A stretch of DNA of 64,000 nt, from the NCBI GenBank assembly GCA_021414235.1, contig JAIOOV010000004.1, positions 473,591 to 537,590 on the forward strand, read 5' to 3'. The position numbers and the translations under genes are program-made. The DNA comes from Candidatus Parcubacteria bacterium. GTDB taxonomy: Bacteria > Patescibacteriota > Minisyncoccia > Phycocordibacterales > JAKFXT01. The notes beneath the pieces were generated by a model. That model saw only the letters and a program-made list of their open reading frames with translations, had not been told where the DNA came from and searched no databases. Shown here piece after piece: positions 38,836-48,145 of the stretch (within the stretch, counting starts at the first letter, position 1; every line of letters starts with the position of its first letter).

Positions 38836-39009
38836 CTAGCGAGTACCGTAACCCAAAGTTCGACGAATATAAGAATTCCCTGCCCCCAACTCACGAGCTA
38901 GTTCCTTGTCTTCCTCAAAAATAAAAGAACGTGTAGGGCGGTGGTAATGCTCAGATACGGAGAATGGCTCGTCGTTGTTAATATTTGCTTTCTTAGTTTT
39001 CTCTTTCAT
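38836..39009 (-). CDS. Small hypothetical protein (57 aa; below ORF-track cutoff)
   Basis: MKEKTKKANINNDEPFSVSEHYHRPTRSFIFEEDKELARELGAGNSYIRRTLGYGTR; starts 2 bp after the stop of the upstream gene. Confidence 0.45.
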   Translation of the reverse strand: MKEKTKKANINNDEPFSVSEHYHRPTRSFIFEEDKELARELGAGNSYIRRTLGYGTR

Positions 39010-39011
39010 TT

Positions 39012-39914
39012 TTATCTGGTTCTTGTTACTGCTTTCTTGGCAACCCTGGAAGCTATCGGAGCTTTTGGAGGAGACGTCGAAGGGGCCGGACAGACAGTAT
39101 CTATGACGTGCCGAGGCGATTGTTCTTTCAGCCGCACAGAAACAAGTTTTTGATAAATCTTCATCACATCTTTCTGATCTGACTTTACATTAAATCCGAT
39201 CTGCTCTGCTTCAGTCGCAAAAATGGGCATGCCATGAGTATAGCCATTATACGTTAATCGGTAGGCTATTCCAGAAGCTTTTTCTGGTTTATACCCAGCC
39301 TTCATTAAGAGCCGTCTGGCACATGATGCTGCTGTAAATAAGACCGTGGTCATTTCATCATGAACCACTGGATCCATTTTTCCAGCCATCTGCTGCCAAG
39401 GGGTTGGTATCTCTTGCGGGCTCATCTCACCGTACTCATCTTTAAGATATTCAGACGCTCTTACAAAAGCGTACGCCGATACACGAGTATCCTTGTATCG
39501 AACTTGAGGATCTATAGAGGTAAGGTTTCCTAAATCACCGATATAGAGATCATCAGCGCCACAACAAAGAATAGTGCCTCCACTAGCGGCTTCATAAGGA
39601 ATAAAAGCCTTTATGTGAGCAAATTTTGAACGAAGAAAACTAGCAATCTTATATGACGTGTGCATCTCTCCCCCTGGGGTATGGATCACGAAATGCAATG
39701 CAGTAGCTCCATTTTTTAATGCCTGCTCTACATGTTCTTCCAAACTATAAATTTCATCCTCTTCAATTGATGCGCTAGCAAAAGTAACCGGTGAAGTACG
39801 CACCCCATGCGGAGCAACGAAACTAATGATCGCTACTTTTTGTTTGTCTGCAATAGACTGCAATTCTGCTCTCAATACGTCATCTAACTTAGAGGGGCCG
39901 TTGGGCTTTGCCAT
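39012..39914 (-). CDS. SDH/ClpP-fold serine protease-like protein (SppA/SDH_sah type)
   Basis: IHTPGG, IPYEAASGGT, GNLTSIDPQ, YTHGMPI; visibly AT-richer than flanks. Confidence 0.85.
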   Translation of the reverse strand: MAKPNGPSKLDDVLRAELQSIADKQKVAIISFVAPHGVRTSPVTFASASIEEDEIYSLEEHVEQALKNGATALHFVIHTPGGEMHTSYKIASFLRSKFAHIKAFIPYEAASGGTILCCGADDLYIGDLGNLTSIDPQVRYKDTRVSAYAFVRASEYLKDEYGEMSPQEIPTPWQQMAGKMDPVVHDEMTTVLFTAASCARRLLMKAGYKPEKASGIAYRLTYNGYTHGMPIFATEAEQIGFNVKSDQKDVMKIYQKLVSVRLKEQSPRHVIDTVCPAPSTSPPKAPIASRVAKKAVTRTR

Positions 39915-39972
39915 GTACTTTAAATACTATCACGGCTGTGTTGACCAGAATAGCGTCATAAAACTGATCCGG

Positions 39973-40045
39973 AGCCGCCTCCCAGAGTCGAACTGGGGAC
40001 CTACTCATTACAAGTGAGTTGCTCTACCAACTGAGCTAAGGCGGC
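39973..40045 (-). tRNA. tRNA-Thr(UGU)
   Basis: Reverse complement GCCGCCTTAGCTCAGTTGGTAGAGCAACTCACTTGTAATGAGTAGGTCCCCAGTTCGACTCTGGGAGGCGGCT folds as a cloverleaf with anticodon TGT; followed by CCG, so CCA is not fully encoded. Confidence 0.97.
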
Positions 40046-40063
40046 GATGCTAGCAGACTACCA

Positions 40064-40471
40064 TTAGACCCGAGGCTCGTCAGCTTCCACTGGAAGCTTG
40101 TAGGCCTCGTCCTTCTTGTGGGATTCGAGGGAACTGAGGAAGACCGAATTACGCTCTGGGAGCTGATCGGTGAAGCGATGATAGCGACCGCGGATGAGCG
40201 TGAAGAATTCCGAGTCACGGAACTTCTTCAAGAGGAAGACGATACCGTGATGGATATGCTCCAGAACGAAGAGAAGTAGCAGCCTAGCGGTGTGACGGTT
40301 GAAATAGACCGTGTAGGAGGAAACGTGCAGGAAGCGCTTGCGCAGGAGTATATCCAAGCGATAACGGAGGGCGGAGAAGGGCTTGTGTCCACGGTGCAGT
40401 TCCCAATCCTTAAGCACGAGCATCACCACCATGGCGCCGAGAGATGCAAAGAAGAGGTACGTGGTACCCAT
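40064..40471 (-). CDS. Hypothetical membrane protein
   Basis: N-terminal hydrophobic helix; directly downstream of tsf. Confidence 0.7.
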   Translation of the reverse strand: MGTTYLFFASLGAMVVMLVLKDWELHRGHKPFSALRYRLDILLRKRFLHVSSYTVYFNRHTARLLLLFVLEHIHHGIVFLLKKFRDSEFFTLIRGRYHRFTDQLPERNSVFLSSLESHKKDEAYKLPVEADEPRV

Positions 40472-40477
40472 ATTTGA

Positions 40478-41059
40478 TTAGAGCGAGAAACGGGAGAAGC
40501 GCGTGATCTCGATGCGCTCGCCGAACTTCTGAACCGCCTGAGAGAGGAGCTCGCGGACGGTACGCTCGGAATCCTTGATGAACGGCTGCTCGAGGAGCGC
40601 CTGCTCGCGGAAATAGGAGGCAAGTTTGCCTTCGATGATCTTCTCCTGCATCTCTGCCGGCTTGTCCTTGGCCTCTTCAGCGAAGACCTCGCGCGCCTTG
40701 GCACGCTCATCAGCATCGATGTCTTCAAATGTTAGGAACTTCGGGTTGGCAGCAGCCACGTGCATAGCAATATCGTAGGCGAGCTTGCGGAACTCCTCGT
40801 TCTTGGAGACGAAGTCGGTCTCGGAGGAGAGAGTCACCATAGCGCCTACCGTGCCGGTAGCGTGCACGTAGGCAGCCACAGCGCCGGAAGCGAGAGTGCG
40901 GTCCCCTTTCTTAGCAGCGAGTTCGCCGCTCTTCTTGCGGAGGATGACACGTGCCTTCTCCACATCTCCTCCTGCCTCTTCAAGTGCCTTCTTGCACTGC
41001 ATCACCGAGATACCGGTCTCATCGCGCAATGCCTTGATCTGCTCAGTGGTTATTTCCAT
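40478..41059 (-). CDS. tsf: Elongation factor Ts (short form)
   Basis: IKALRDETGISVMQCKKAL, SETDFV, LLEQPFIKD. Confidence 0.96.
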   Translation of the reverse strand: MEITTEQIKALRDETGISVMQCKKALEEAGGDVEKARVILRKKSGELAAKKGDRTLASGAVAAYVHATGTVGAMVTLSSETDFVSKNEEFRKLAYDIAMHVAAANPKFLTFEDIDADERAKAREVFAEEAKDKPAEMQEKIIEGKLASYFREQALLEQPFIKDSERTVRELLSQAVQKFGERIEITRFSRFSL

Positions 41060-41101
41060 AGTGAAAGAGAAAACGATACACGGCCCCAGAAGGGCCTGTT
41101 A

Positions 41102-41845
41102 TTAAACCGTCGCGGTTGCGGAAACAGGAGAAGCAGTCGGAGCGGGAGCGCGGCCCTCGCGGTAGGCGGAGGCGATCTCCTCCACGAAATGCGCAACTGA
41201 AGCACGGGAAGAGTCGTTGGCAGGGATGGCGTAGTCCACCTGGGAGAGGTCGCAGTCAGAGTTAGCAAGCGCTACCACCGGGATGTGGAGCCTCTTAGCT
41301 TCCAGGACCGCGATGTGCTCGCGGCGAGGATCTACCACGAAGACAGCAGCCGGGAGGGACTTCATGGACACGATGCCAGCGAAGTTGCTCTGGAGCTTCG
41401 CAATCTCGCGATCGATGAGGAGACGCTCCTTCTTAGTGTAGCGATTGAGTTCGCCAGTCTCGCGCTCAGAGAGGAGACGCTCCATCTTGTCCACGCGGCG
41501 GCGGATCTCAGAGAAGTTGGTGAGGGTACCACCCACGAAGCGGCCAGCAGCAAACGGGAGACCAGAAGCTTCGGCAGCAGATTTAACTACTTCCTTGGCT
41601 TCGCTCTTGCCGCCAACAAAGAGAACCTGCTTGCCCTGAGCGGCCACAGCAGAGACGAAGGCCTTGGCGGCTGCGAGCGCCTTCTCAGTCTCCTCGAGGT
41701 CGAAGAGCTCTACATGATTCTTGGCACCGAAGATGAACGGCTTGGCCGTAGGATGCCTGCGGGCCTTGGCGTAGCCGAAGTGTGCGCCGACCTTGAAAAG
41801 GGCTTCAATGACGGGGCTTTTGGCGGTCGTGTCTGTGGATTGCAT
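41102..41845 (-). CDS. rpsB: 30S ribosomal protein S2
   Basis: GAHFGY, GGTLTNF, IPANDS. Confidence 0.97.
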   Translation of the reverse strand: MQSTDTTAKSPVIEALFKVGAHFGYAKARRHPTAKPFIFGAKNHVELFDLEETEKALAAAKAFVSAVAAQGKQVLFVGGKSEAKEVVKSAAEASGLPFAAGRFVGGTLTNFSEIRRRVDKMERLLSERETGELNRYTKKERLLIDREIAKLQSNFAGIVSMKSLPAAVFVVDPRREHIAVLEAKRLHIPVVALANSDCDLSQVDYAIPANDSSRASVAHFVEEIASAYREGRAPAPTASPVSATATV

Positions 41846-41890
41846 GTCGGACTAGCCTACCAAATATGGCGGATTGTTGCAACGGCCGTC

Positions 41891-44020
41891 TTAACGCTCC
41901 TCGAAGCGGGGGCTCACCCGGCAGGTAAAGGAGGCGGTATTGGAGACCTTGGCATCCCCGACCCGGCAGACGAAGCGGTAGAGAGACTGGACGGAGACCG
42001 GTGGAGTAAGGACCTGACCAAAAGCGCCGTTGGCGCGCACAGAGAGGTCGGGTCCTGAGATGACACAACGGAGGAACTGAGACTGCTCCGGCGGCACCGA
42101 GCTCACCCGCCAAGGGATGGTGCACTGAGAACCCTTCTGGACGAGCTCTCGCTCCGGCATGAGAGCAGTCACCGCGAGCGCACAGGCCTGCTCGCCAGGA
42201 GGCGGAGGAGCATCAGAGGATTCGTCGGGACAATAGTAGAGAGAGCGGGTTACGCCGCAGGAATTAGGGGCAGACTTGGCTTCAGCAGCTGGCTGCATCT
42301 CGTGGCGAGTGCACTCACCGTCCTTGTCAGTCGCAGTGCAGACATTGCACATCTTGGTCGCGCCGCAGGTAGGACACGGGATCTCCTGACAGGAAGGGAA
42401 TCTCCCCGTCTCTCCTACCCCACAGCTTGTGCGCGGCTGACAGGAGCCGGTCAGTCCGAAATTGATCGCAGTAGGATCCGTACAGAGAGAGCGTCCGCTC
42501 GAATACTGGCAGGCGCCGAGCGCACCGCCATTGAGCGCCAACGGATCGTTGCAGCGGACTGCGCCATAGCGACACTCTCCCGTTTCTCCATAATTGAGAG
42601 CGGTCTGGTCCGCGCAGAGACGCGCGACCGGCTGGTCGGTGCACTGCCCGTTCTCCGGATTCCAATTCGGCTGATTGCTCGGACAAGTGAGACCGATGAT
42701 CACGTCTTTCGTCGCGGGGCACTGAACACCGCTCGGCAGAGTCATGGAAGCGGTAGCCCGGAAATGGTACTGCTGCTTAGGCTGGCTTGCCGCCAGGACA
42801 CCCTCAAGAGAGCGACCATCATTCACCACCGCAAGAGAGGAGGGGAAGGACGTATCACCAGAGGAAGGAGTGAGCGAGTAGCTCTGCGCCGGACGCGAAG
42901 TCTGGATGGTATAGCCTCCGAAGCTTCCCCCTATGATTCCCGCAACACTGCCAGAGCTGGTGATGGTGGGCGTAGAGGTGGCGCACACAGAGGCGGGAGC
43001 TATGGTGATAGCCACGTTCTTTGAAGCTGAAAGAGGGGTACAGCCAGGCGCGCTATTCTCCGCTTGAATGGTACAGGAATATGAACCAGCCGATGTGGGT
43101 ACTCCCCCGATCGACAGAGGACTCGTCCAGCTCGTACCGGAAGGTATGGGCAGACAGCTCATACCGAGCGTCGTGTAGTTGCTGGCAGTTGCTTGATATG
43201 AGAAATTCTCGCCCACCACGCCCGCTGCTGTGCCAGAGGAAGTGATCTCCGGAGCTACAGTCGAACACGTTGCCGGAGTTACTTCTATCTCAAGCACATC
43301 CGCACGTGAACAGCTCGGAGAATTCCTCATGTAGTATCTGTCCTCGCCGCTCCCCGCCACCGTACTGCTCTGGTTATCCCCGGCTCCACCTTCATAGACC
43401 CACTCCTCAAGGTCATTACGAGAAGTGAGGGCTACGGAGTATGTCCCTGGAACAGCAGGCACTCCGGAGATGATGAGACCAGTGGAGTCTGGCACCTGGG
43501 TTACGCCCGCACGCGCCTGCACCCGAGCACTCAAGACGTTCGCGGAAAGGCCGGAACCCGTGAGGCCCGCTGGATCAAGCGAAGTGATACCTGCCCCGAA
43601 CCAGCCTGACTCAAATTCCCCCTTCTCCCGGAGCTGCGGATGCTCCCAAGGAGCAAGATCACGAGAAGGATTGGGATTCACCTGAGCGACCATCACTTCG
43701 TATGAAAAAGATTGACCGGCCTGCGTGGTGACACGGAGGGGACTCGAGAAGCGCGGCGTATTGTATTCAGTGCAATACTGAGGGCTGTAACACTGGCTGC
43801 CGGAAGCACTGCAGTCATCTATATTATTCATTTCCGCTCCGCACTGGCCTCCCGTACAGTCACTGTTACCAGCAGGACTTCCTGAGCTCGTTTCGCTGCC
43901 GCCAGCATCCTCAGCAGCAAGAACTGCAGGAATCTGTCCGATCACAGACAAGTGAATTCCCATGCCCCCGAAGAGAGCAAGCGCGAATGCGGTAGCGAGG
44001 ATAAAAGGAATTTTTTTCAT
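41891..44020 (-). CDS. Large Cys-rich exported protein with Ig-like repeats and shared C-terminal PxFEE domain
   Basis: ATG at 44020 (MKKIPFILATAFALAL), PxITSSG..G..G..F.Y repeats, CxDxxALNxG repeats, ends CRVSPRFEER. Confidence 0.8.
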   Translation of the reverse strand: MKKIPFILATAFALALFGGMGIHLSVIGQIPAVLAAEDAGGSETSSGSPAGNSDCTGGQCGAEMNNIDDCSASGSQCYSPQYCTEYNTPRFSSPLRVTTQAGQSFSYEVMVAQVNPNPSRDLAPWEHPQLREKGEFESGWFGAGITSLDPAGLTGSGLSANVLSARVQARAGVTQVPDSTGLIISGVPAVPGTYSVALTSRNDLEEWVYEGGAGDNQSSTVAGSGEDRYYMRNSPSCSRADVLEIEVTPATCSTVAPEITSSGTAAGVVGENFSYQATASNYTTLGMSCLPIPSGTSWTSPLSIGGVPTSAGSYSCTIQAENSAPGCTPLSASKNVAITIAPASVCATSTPTITSSGSVAGIIGGSFGGYTIQTSRPAQSYSLTPSSGDTSFPSSLAVVNDGRSLEGVLAASQPKQQYHFRATASMTLPSGVQCPATKDVIIGLTCPSNQPNWNPENGQCTDQPVARLCADQTALNYGETGECRYGAVRCNDPLALNGGALGACQYSSGRSLCTDPTAINFGLTGSCQPRTSCGVGETGRFPSCQEIPCPTCGATKMCNVCTATDKDGECTRHEMQPAAEAKSAPNSCGVTRSLYYCPDESSDAPPPPGEQACALAVTALMPERELVQKGSQCTIPWRVSSVPPEQSQFLRCVISGPDLSVRANGAFGQVLTPPVSVQSLYRFVCRVGDAKVSNTASFTCRVSPRFEER

Positions 44021-44021
44021 A

Positions 44022-44936
44022 TTAGTTCCAAGAAGAGAGGTAGAGCGTGCCACCTTCGTATGGAGAGAGGTCGAGGATACTCCTACGCTCTCCCGTGTCG
44101 AGCCGCTCGATGACGATCTCGAACTGCGACGCCTCCCCCTTACGTACTCGGAGAGCTGCGTACGCGTTGTCTGGCGAGAACGCCGCATCATACGCTCGCG
44201 CCTCAAGAGTATCGTTGAGAAGAAGCTCCTTCGGATTCACCGGGTTCACCTTGAGCAGCATTACTCGCTCGAGGCCGGGAATGAGCCAGGCAACCAAAGA
44301 GTGATCCTGGCTTGCGGCGAGCTTCATGCCAGCCCCGCTCGCTCCCCAAACCTTGGTCTTGGCGAGAGTCCCTAGGTCGTAGCGCACCAGGCCTTCTGGA
44401 GCGAGCGCAAAGAGCGATTTCCCATCAAGGGACCAGACGGGATAGCTTCCCGCGCCGATGCGGCGTGGAGTCCCTGGGAGATCTATTGCATAGATATCCG
44501 AGCCGCCTCTCGCTTCCTGAGAGTACGCAAGCCCCGTACCCACCGGAGACCAGTCTGGGGAATGCCTAAAGGCTTCTCCACGAGTGATCGGACGACGTTC
44601 CTCCGTAGCGGGATCATAAATGACCACCTGGCTCGCCAGGGCTCCGGGACCGTAGGCGATATGCGCGAGACGATTGCCATCAGGAGCCACTGCCGCATCG
44701 AAATTGGAATTACTATCGCGACCGATACGACGGAGCTCTTTGGTCGCAAGCTCATACTCATACAAATTCACCTCCGTACTCCCTTTATCCGCAAGCGAAA
44801 GGAGAAGTGTGCCCTGAGGATCGAACTTAGCCAAGGACGCAGAGCGCTGATAGAAATACACGCCGAGAGCGGCAGCGAGAAGGAGTATGGAGAGGACTCC
44901 AGCGACGAGGCGAGTACGCGAGGACATTGCGTCCAT
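44022..44936 (-). CDS. TolB-like/PD40 beta-propeller protein, membrane-anchored
   Basis: APDGNRLA, PDWSPVG, PVWSLDGK, FSPDNA repeats. Confidence 0.85.
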   Translation of the reverse strand: MDAMSSRTRLVAGVLSILLLAAALGVYFYQRSASLAKFDPQGTLLLSLADKGSTEVNLYEYELATKELRRIGRDSNSNFDAAVAPDGNRLAHIAYGPGALASQVVIYDPATEERRPITRGEAFRHSPDWSPVGTGLAYSQEARGGSDIYAIDLPGTPRRIGAGSYPVWSLDGKSLFALAPEGLVRYDLGTLAKTKVWGASGAGMKLAASQDHSLVAWLIPGLERVMLLKVNPVNPKELLLNDTLEARAYDAAFSPDNAYAALRVRKGEASQFEIVIERLDTGERRSILDLSPYEGGTLYLSSWN

Positions 44937-44942
44937 TATACG

Positions 44943-44972
44943 GCATAACCCCGCCTTATGGCGGGGTTATGC
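44943..44972. terminator. Hairpin, probable terminator
   Basis: gcataaccccgcc-ttat-ggcggggttatgc. Confidence 0.6.
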
Positions 44973-44994
44973 ACAGCACGATCAGAAATCCGAT

Positions 44995-45426
44995 TTACTG
45001 CTGCACCTCGATTGATCCGCGGAAGCGGGCGTGGAGATGATCATGCATATTCCACTTACCTATCCTCTCGAACTGGAAGGAATAGGTTTCTCCAGGACCT
45101 ACCGGCTTGTCAGAATCGAATTCGGAATAGATTTCGTGCGTCGGATGAAGGTCAGAAGCTGGCCAGTGGAAATCCTTGCCGACATTCACGAACTCTATAA
45201 TCTGGCCCTTCTTGATGACGAGAGTAGAGGGCTCGAAGCCATCGTCAGTCATGTTCACCGTGATCCTAGGGAGAGCAGGCGTAGAAGAAGCGGTATCTGG
45301 CGTAGTAGTAGCTATATTTTCTGTAGGGGTCTCCACGACCACCTCAGGTGCCGTGCGGTTGGTCCAGTAATACCAGCCGCCGCCGAAGACTACGATGACT
45401 ACGGCAAGAAGTATGAGTTTATTCAT
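44995..45426 (-). CDS. Cupredoxin (plastocyanin/azurin-fold) protein with His-rich site
   Basis: GFEPSTLVIKKGQIIEFVN, HWPASDLHPTH, PGETYSFQF, MHDHLH. Confidence 0.85.
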   Translation of the reverse strand: MNKLILLAVVIVVFGGGWYYWTNRTAPEVVVETPTENIATTTPDTASSTPALPRITVNMTDDGFEPSTLVIKKGQIIEFVNVGKDFHWPASDLHPTHEIYSEFDSDKPVGPGETYSFQFERIGKWNMHDHLHARFRGSIEVQQ

Positions 45427-45920
45427 CGTGAACGCAGGGAAAAGTAAGTAATAGCGCCGCCCGCGAAGAACGCGGCGAGTACCGATAATAGCATACCGAG
45501 AGGAACGGATGATTTGGACGTCTCCGCCTTTTCCGCCTCAAAAGTGAAAGTATGTTCTGCCACGGTTCTGCCCCCCTTCTCAAAACGCACATCCATCTCA
45601 TAGGCCCCCTCCTGCGGAAAACGATAAGTAAGCACCGTCTTGCCGATATCCGCCTTAGCTATGCCCGTAGCGAAATACGCGGCGGAGCCTCTACCGAGAC
45701 GCACCCAGATATGGTCGAAGGCTATTTCTTCCCCTCCGGCATCAAGAACGGAGAAATCAAAAATCGTACTCTCCCCCGAGACTGGAGCAGAAGAGTATCC
45801 GATATCCATCAGAACTCCCGAAGAGAGAGTAGCTTCAAAGGAAGCGCTTTCACCGTGTGCCGCAACGGTACACGGGATGAGCAAGATCGCAATAATGTAA
45901 AACGAGAGTGCGTATTTCAT
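45423..45920 (-). CDS. Exported protein with mature N-terminal His and C-terminal TM anchor
   Basis: Signal peptide ending VAA-HGE, beta-rich body (YRFPQEGAYEMDVRF), C-terminal hydrophobic helix; ATG at 45920. Confidence 0.7.
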   Translation of the reverse strand: MKYALSFYIIAILLIPCTVAAHGESASFEATLSSGVLMDIGYSSAPVSGESTIFDFSVLDAGGEEIAFDHIWVRLGRGSAAYFATGIAKADIGKTVLTYRFPQEGAYEMDVRFEKGGRTVAEHTFTFEAEKAETSKSSVPLGMLLSVLAAFFAGGAITYFSLRSR

Positions 45921-45924
45921 GATG

Positions 45925-47133
45925 CTATGGACGAGCGCCGCAATGCTCCTGCCACTTCTCCGGAAGGAGAGAACAGAGACGATTCGACTCTGGGGAGCCG
46001 GCATGGAAGGTGAAGCTTGCAGTGCGCACCATGATGTCATAACAAGTCTCCCCTACCCCCTTCGCTTCCGCAGCAGCACAGAGGGCTACGGAGCGTTCGA
46101 TATTGCGGTAGTCGTTCTCCAGGAGGCGGGAAGCCGCATCCGCATAACAGAGCCCGCGATCCTCCGGAAGCATAGTGTCGCAGAACGCGCCGATCTTCTC
46201 GTTATCGAATTCAAGCTGCGCCACGAAGACGAACACCAAGGCATGCTTGCAGCGCTCGCGAGGGCCGGCTTCAGAGAGCTGGTTGCACCAGCGACTAATA
46301 GCGCCTGGCGCCTTCAGCTCTTCTCGCTGAAGCGGCCAGGATTCGCTCCAGCAAGACGCCTTGTCGTAACCGCTATAAGCGGAACAATACGCACGCTGGG
46401 TCCCCGTAGCCACCTCCTTACCCTTGATGAGGTCGAAGTCGTCCGGCTCGAGCGGCTGGAAGATCTGCATGAACACGCCATCGGAGCAGACCTGACTCAT
46501 ATCCTGCCCCGGCTTTATGGAAAGTTCCCTGCACAGACCGAGCGATTTCGGGATATCCGCGCGAGTGATGTACATAAGCAGATGCCCGAGCGCATGGTAG
46601 CAGCTCGCCTGTTCGAGCCCCGTAGGATTGAAGCTATCCTGCGGCTCGCACACGTTCGCGAATTCGGGTTTGTACTTTTCGATCTCGCTGTCAGAGAGAG
46701 ATTCTGTACGGAAGCGTTCTTGGAACGCGCCGTGGATGCAGCCGTTGGAGCATACGCCAGATGGACAGCGCTGGATCACCTCCGTCCACTTATCCGGATC
46801 CTTGGCGGTTTCCTTGGCGCTGATCTTGTGCCCGAGCACATGGCAGTAGGTGTAGGTCTTGTCCTTGGCTTGAACTACTGCTGCGACGCGCACCGCATCC
46901 TCCATGGAAACGCCCTTGTCCATGAGCTTGGGGATCTCGTCTTCGTAGCAGGTCGGACGATATCGTGCGCTCGCGCAAGCGGCGACGACCTCGTCAGCGT
47001 AACGCACCAGACGCATCCCCGGATCAGGAGCAAGCATGGGAGCGGCGAGTATGTAAATCTCACCAAAGAGGAAAGCCGCGAGGATAACGATAGCGGCAGC
47101 AAACTTCGTATGCTTCTTTAAAAACGAGTTCAT
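45925..47133 (-). CDS. Exported Cys/His-motif protein, paralogue A
   Basis: CHVLGH, GCIHG, CYHALGH, CSDGVFMQ; N-terminal TM helix. Confidence 0.85.
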   Translation of the reverse strand: MNSFLKKHTKFAAAIVILAAFLFGEIYILAAPMLAPDPGMRLVRYADEVVAACASARYRPTCYEDEIPKLMDKGVSMEDAVRVAAVVQAKDKTYTYCHVLGHKISAKETAKDPDKWTEVIQRCPSGVCSNGCIHGAFQERFRTESLSDSEIEKYKPEFANVCEPQDSFNPTGLEQASCYHALGHLLMYITRADIPKSLGLCRELSIKPGQDMSQVCSDGVFMQIFQPLEPDDFDLIKGKEVATGTQRAYCSAYSGYDKASCWSESWPLQREELKAPGAISRWCNQLSEAGPRERCKHALVFVFVAQLEFDNEKIGAFCDTMLPEDRGLCYADAASRLLENDYRNIERSVALCAAAEAKGVGETCYDIMVRTASFTFHAGSPESNRLCSLLPEKWQEHCGARP

Positions 47134-47134
47134 A

Positions 47135-48145
47135 TCAGCGGATTATCTGAGAACCGGCCACACAGCTCTGTCGTGCATCTTCCGAAAGTCCGGCGCAGAG
47201 CTGAGGCGAGAGATCCCGCACGCGAGGCTCTGCGAAGAAGCTCCAGGAAGCCCCCTGGCGGCACAGCAGCTGTTCTTCCGTCCCAACGAGACTATTGCAG
47301 ACAGCGAGAGACTTCTTTACATCATACCCCGACTCCGGAGCCACGATATTGCCGATACCTTTGAAGCACGCCTCCCGCTCGCCCTTCGCACCAACCTCGG
47401 CACAGAGAGCGGCTGCTGGAGCGGCATCTCCATTAAATGTCCGCATCCACCATTGCGGCATATCGAAATAGCAGGCTTCGCGATATATGGAAAGAGCGTC
47501 GCAGGGCGCATGCGCCTTCTTCGGGTCGAACATGCGCGGGGAGGTAAGGTCGGGATCAGCCATCGTATGAAAATTGTACTCCATGAAGACTCCGCCGGAG
47601 CAGCCGCCGATCGGTCCTTTCCAGGTGAGCGTCGCACAGATATCGAGCGCCTCCGCGAGTTTGTCATCGCCGACAGACCACAGGAGGCCGTGCCCGATTC
47701 CATGCGAGCAGCCCAGGCCCTTCTCTCCCCACGCTGCCACGCAGGCGCGATCAAGCTGGCCAAGCACTTCTACCCCATGCTCGCTGATGGCCCGCCCGAA
47801 GAAGCTGTGGTAGCAGCCGAAGCCGAACGAGCTGTCACAGACCGCGACCCCAGGAAGTCCCTCTTTCTCATACAGTAACTCCCCAAAGACATGCGCAAGC
47901 GAATGCGCCGAGCCAGGCGGAAGCTTTCCGTACACCTCCACGAATTTCTGGTACGCAGCCTTCGCACCCAGCGTATCTATGGTCTCTGCCCACTCAGCCT
48001 TCTCACGCTTAAAATATTTGGATTGGAGCCGTGGTGGATCAGGGACCTCGGTGCCGCGCGAGATATACAGATAGTATGCTTCGCCAGCTACGAAAAAGAT
48101 CAGGATAGCGGCGGCGAAAATAAGTTTTAACGGGTAACGGCGCAT
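47135..48145 (-). CDS. Exported Cys/His-motif protein, paralogue B
   Basis: AHSLAH, GCYHS, CSHGIGHG, CSGGVFME; N-terminal TM helix. Confidence 0.85.
   Translation of the reverse strand: MRRYPLKLIFAAAILIFFVAGEAYYLYISRGTEVPDPPRLQSKYFKREKAEWAETIDTLGAKAAYQKFVEVYGKLPPGSAHSLAHVFGELLYEKEGLPGVAVCDSSFGFGCYHSFFGRAISEHGVEVLGQLDRACVAAWGEKGLGCSHGIGHGLLWSVGDDKLAEALDICATLTWKGPIGGCSGGVFMEYNFHTMADPDLTSPRMFDPKKAHAPCDALSIYREACYFDMPQWWMRTFNGDAAPAAALCAEVGAKGEREACFKGIGNIVAPESGYDVKKSLAVCNSLVGTEEQLLCRQGASWSFFAEPRVRDLSPQLCAGLSEDARQSCVAGSQIIR

Noticed and set aside
38830-40045. Prophage or integrative element at tRNA-Thr
   Set aside because: No integrase and no duplicated tRNA 3' end found by eye; kept only as an AT-rich islet.
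44021-44206. Arg/Ser-rich N-terminal extension of the 771-aa ORF
   Set aside because: It overlaps the TolB-like gene; the ATG at 44020 gives a clean signal peptide 1 bp after the upstream stop.
45919-47121. 400-aa plus-strand ORF
   Set aside because: Antisense to Cys/His paralogue A, whose motifs are conserved in the two neighbouring paralogues.
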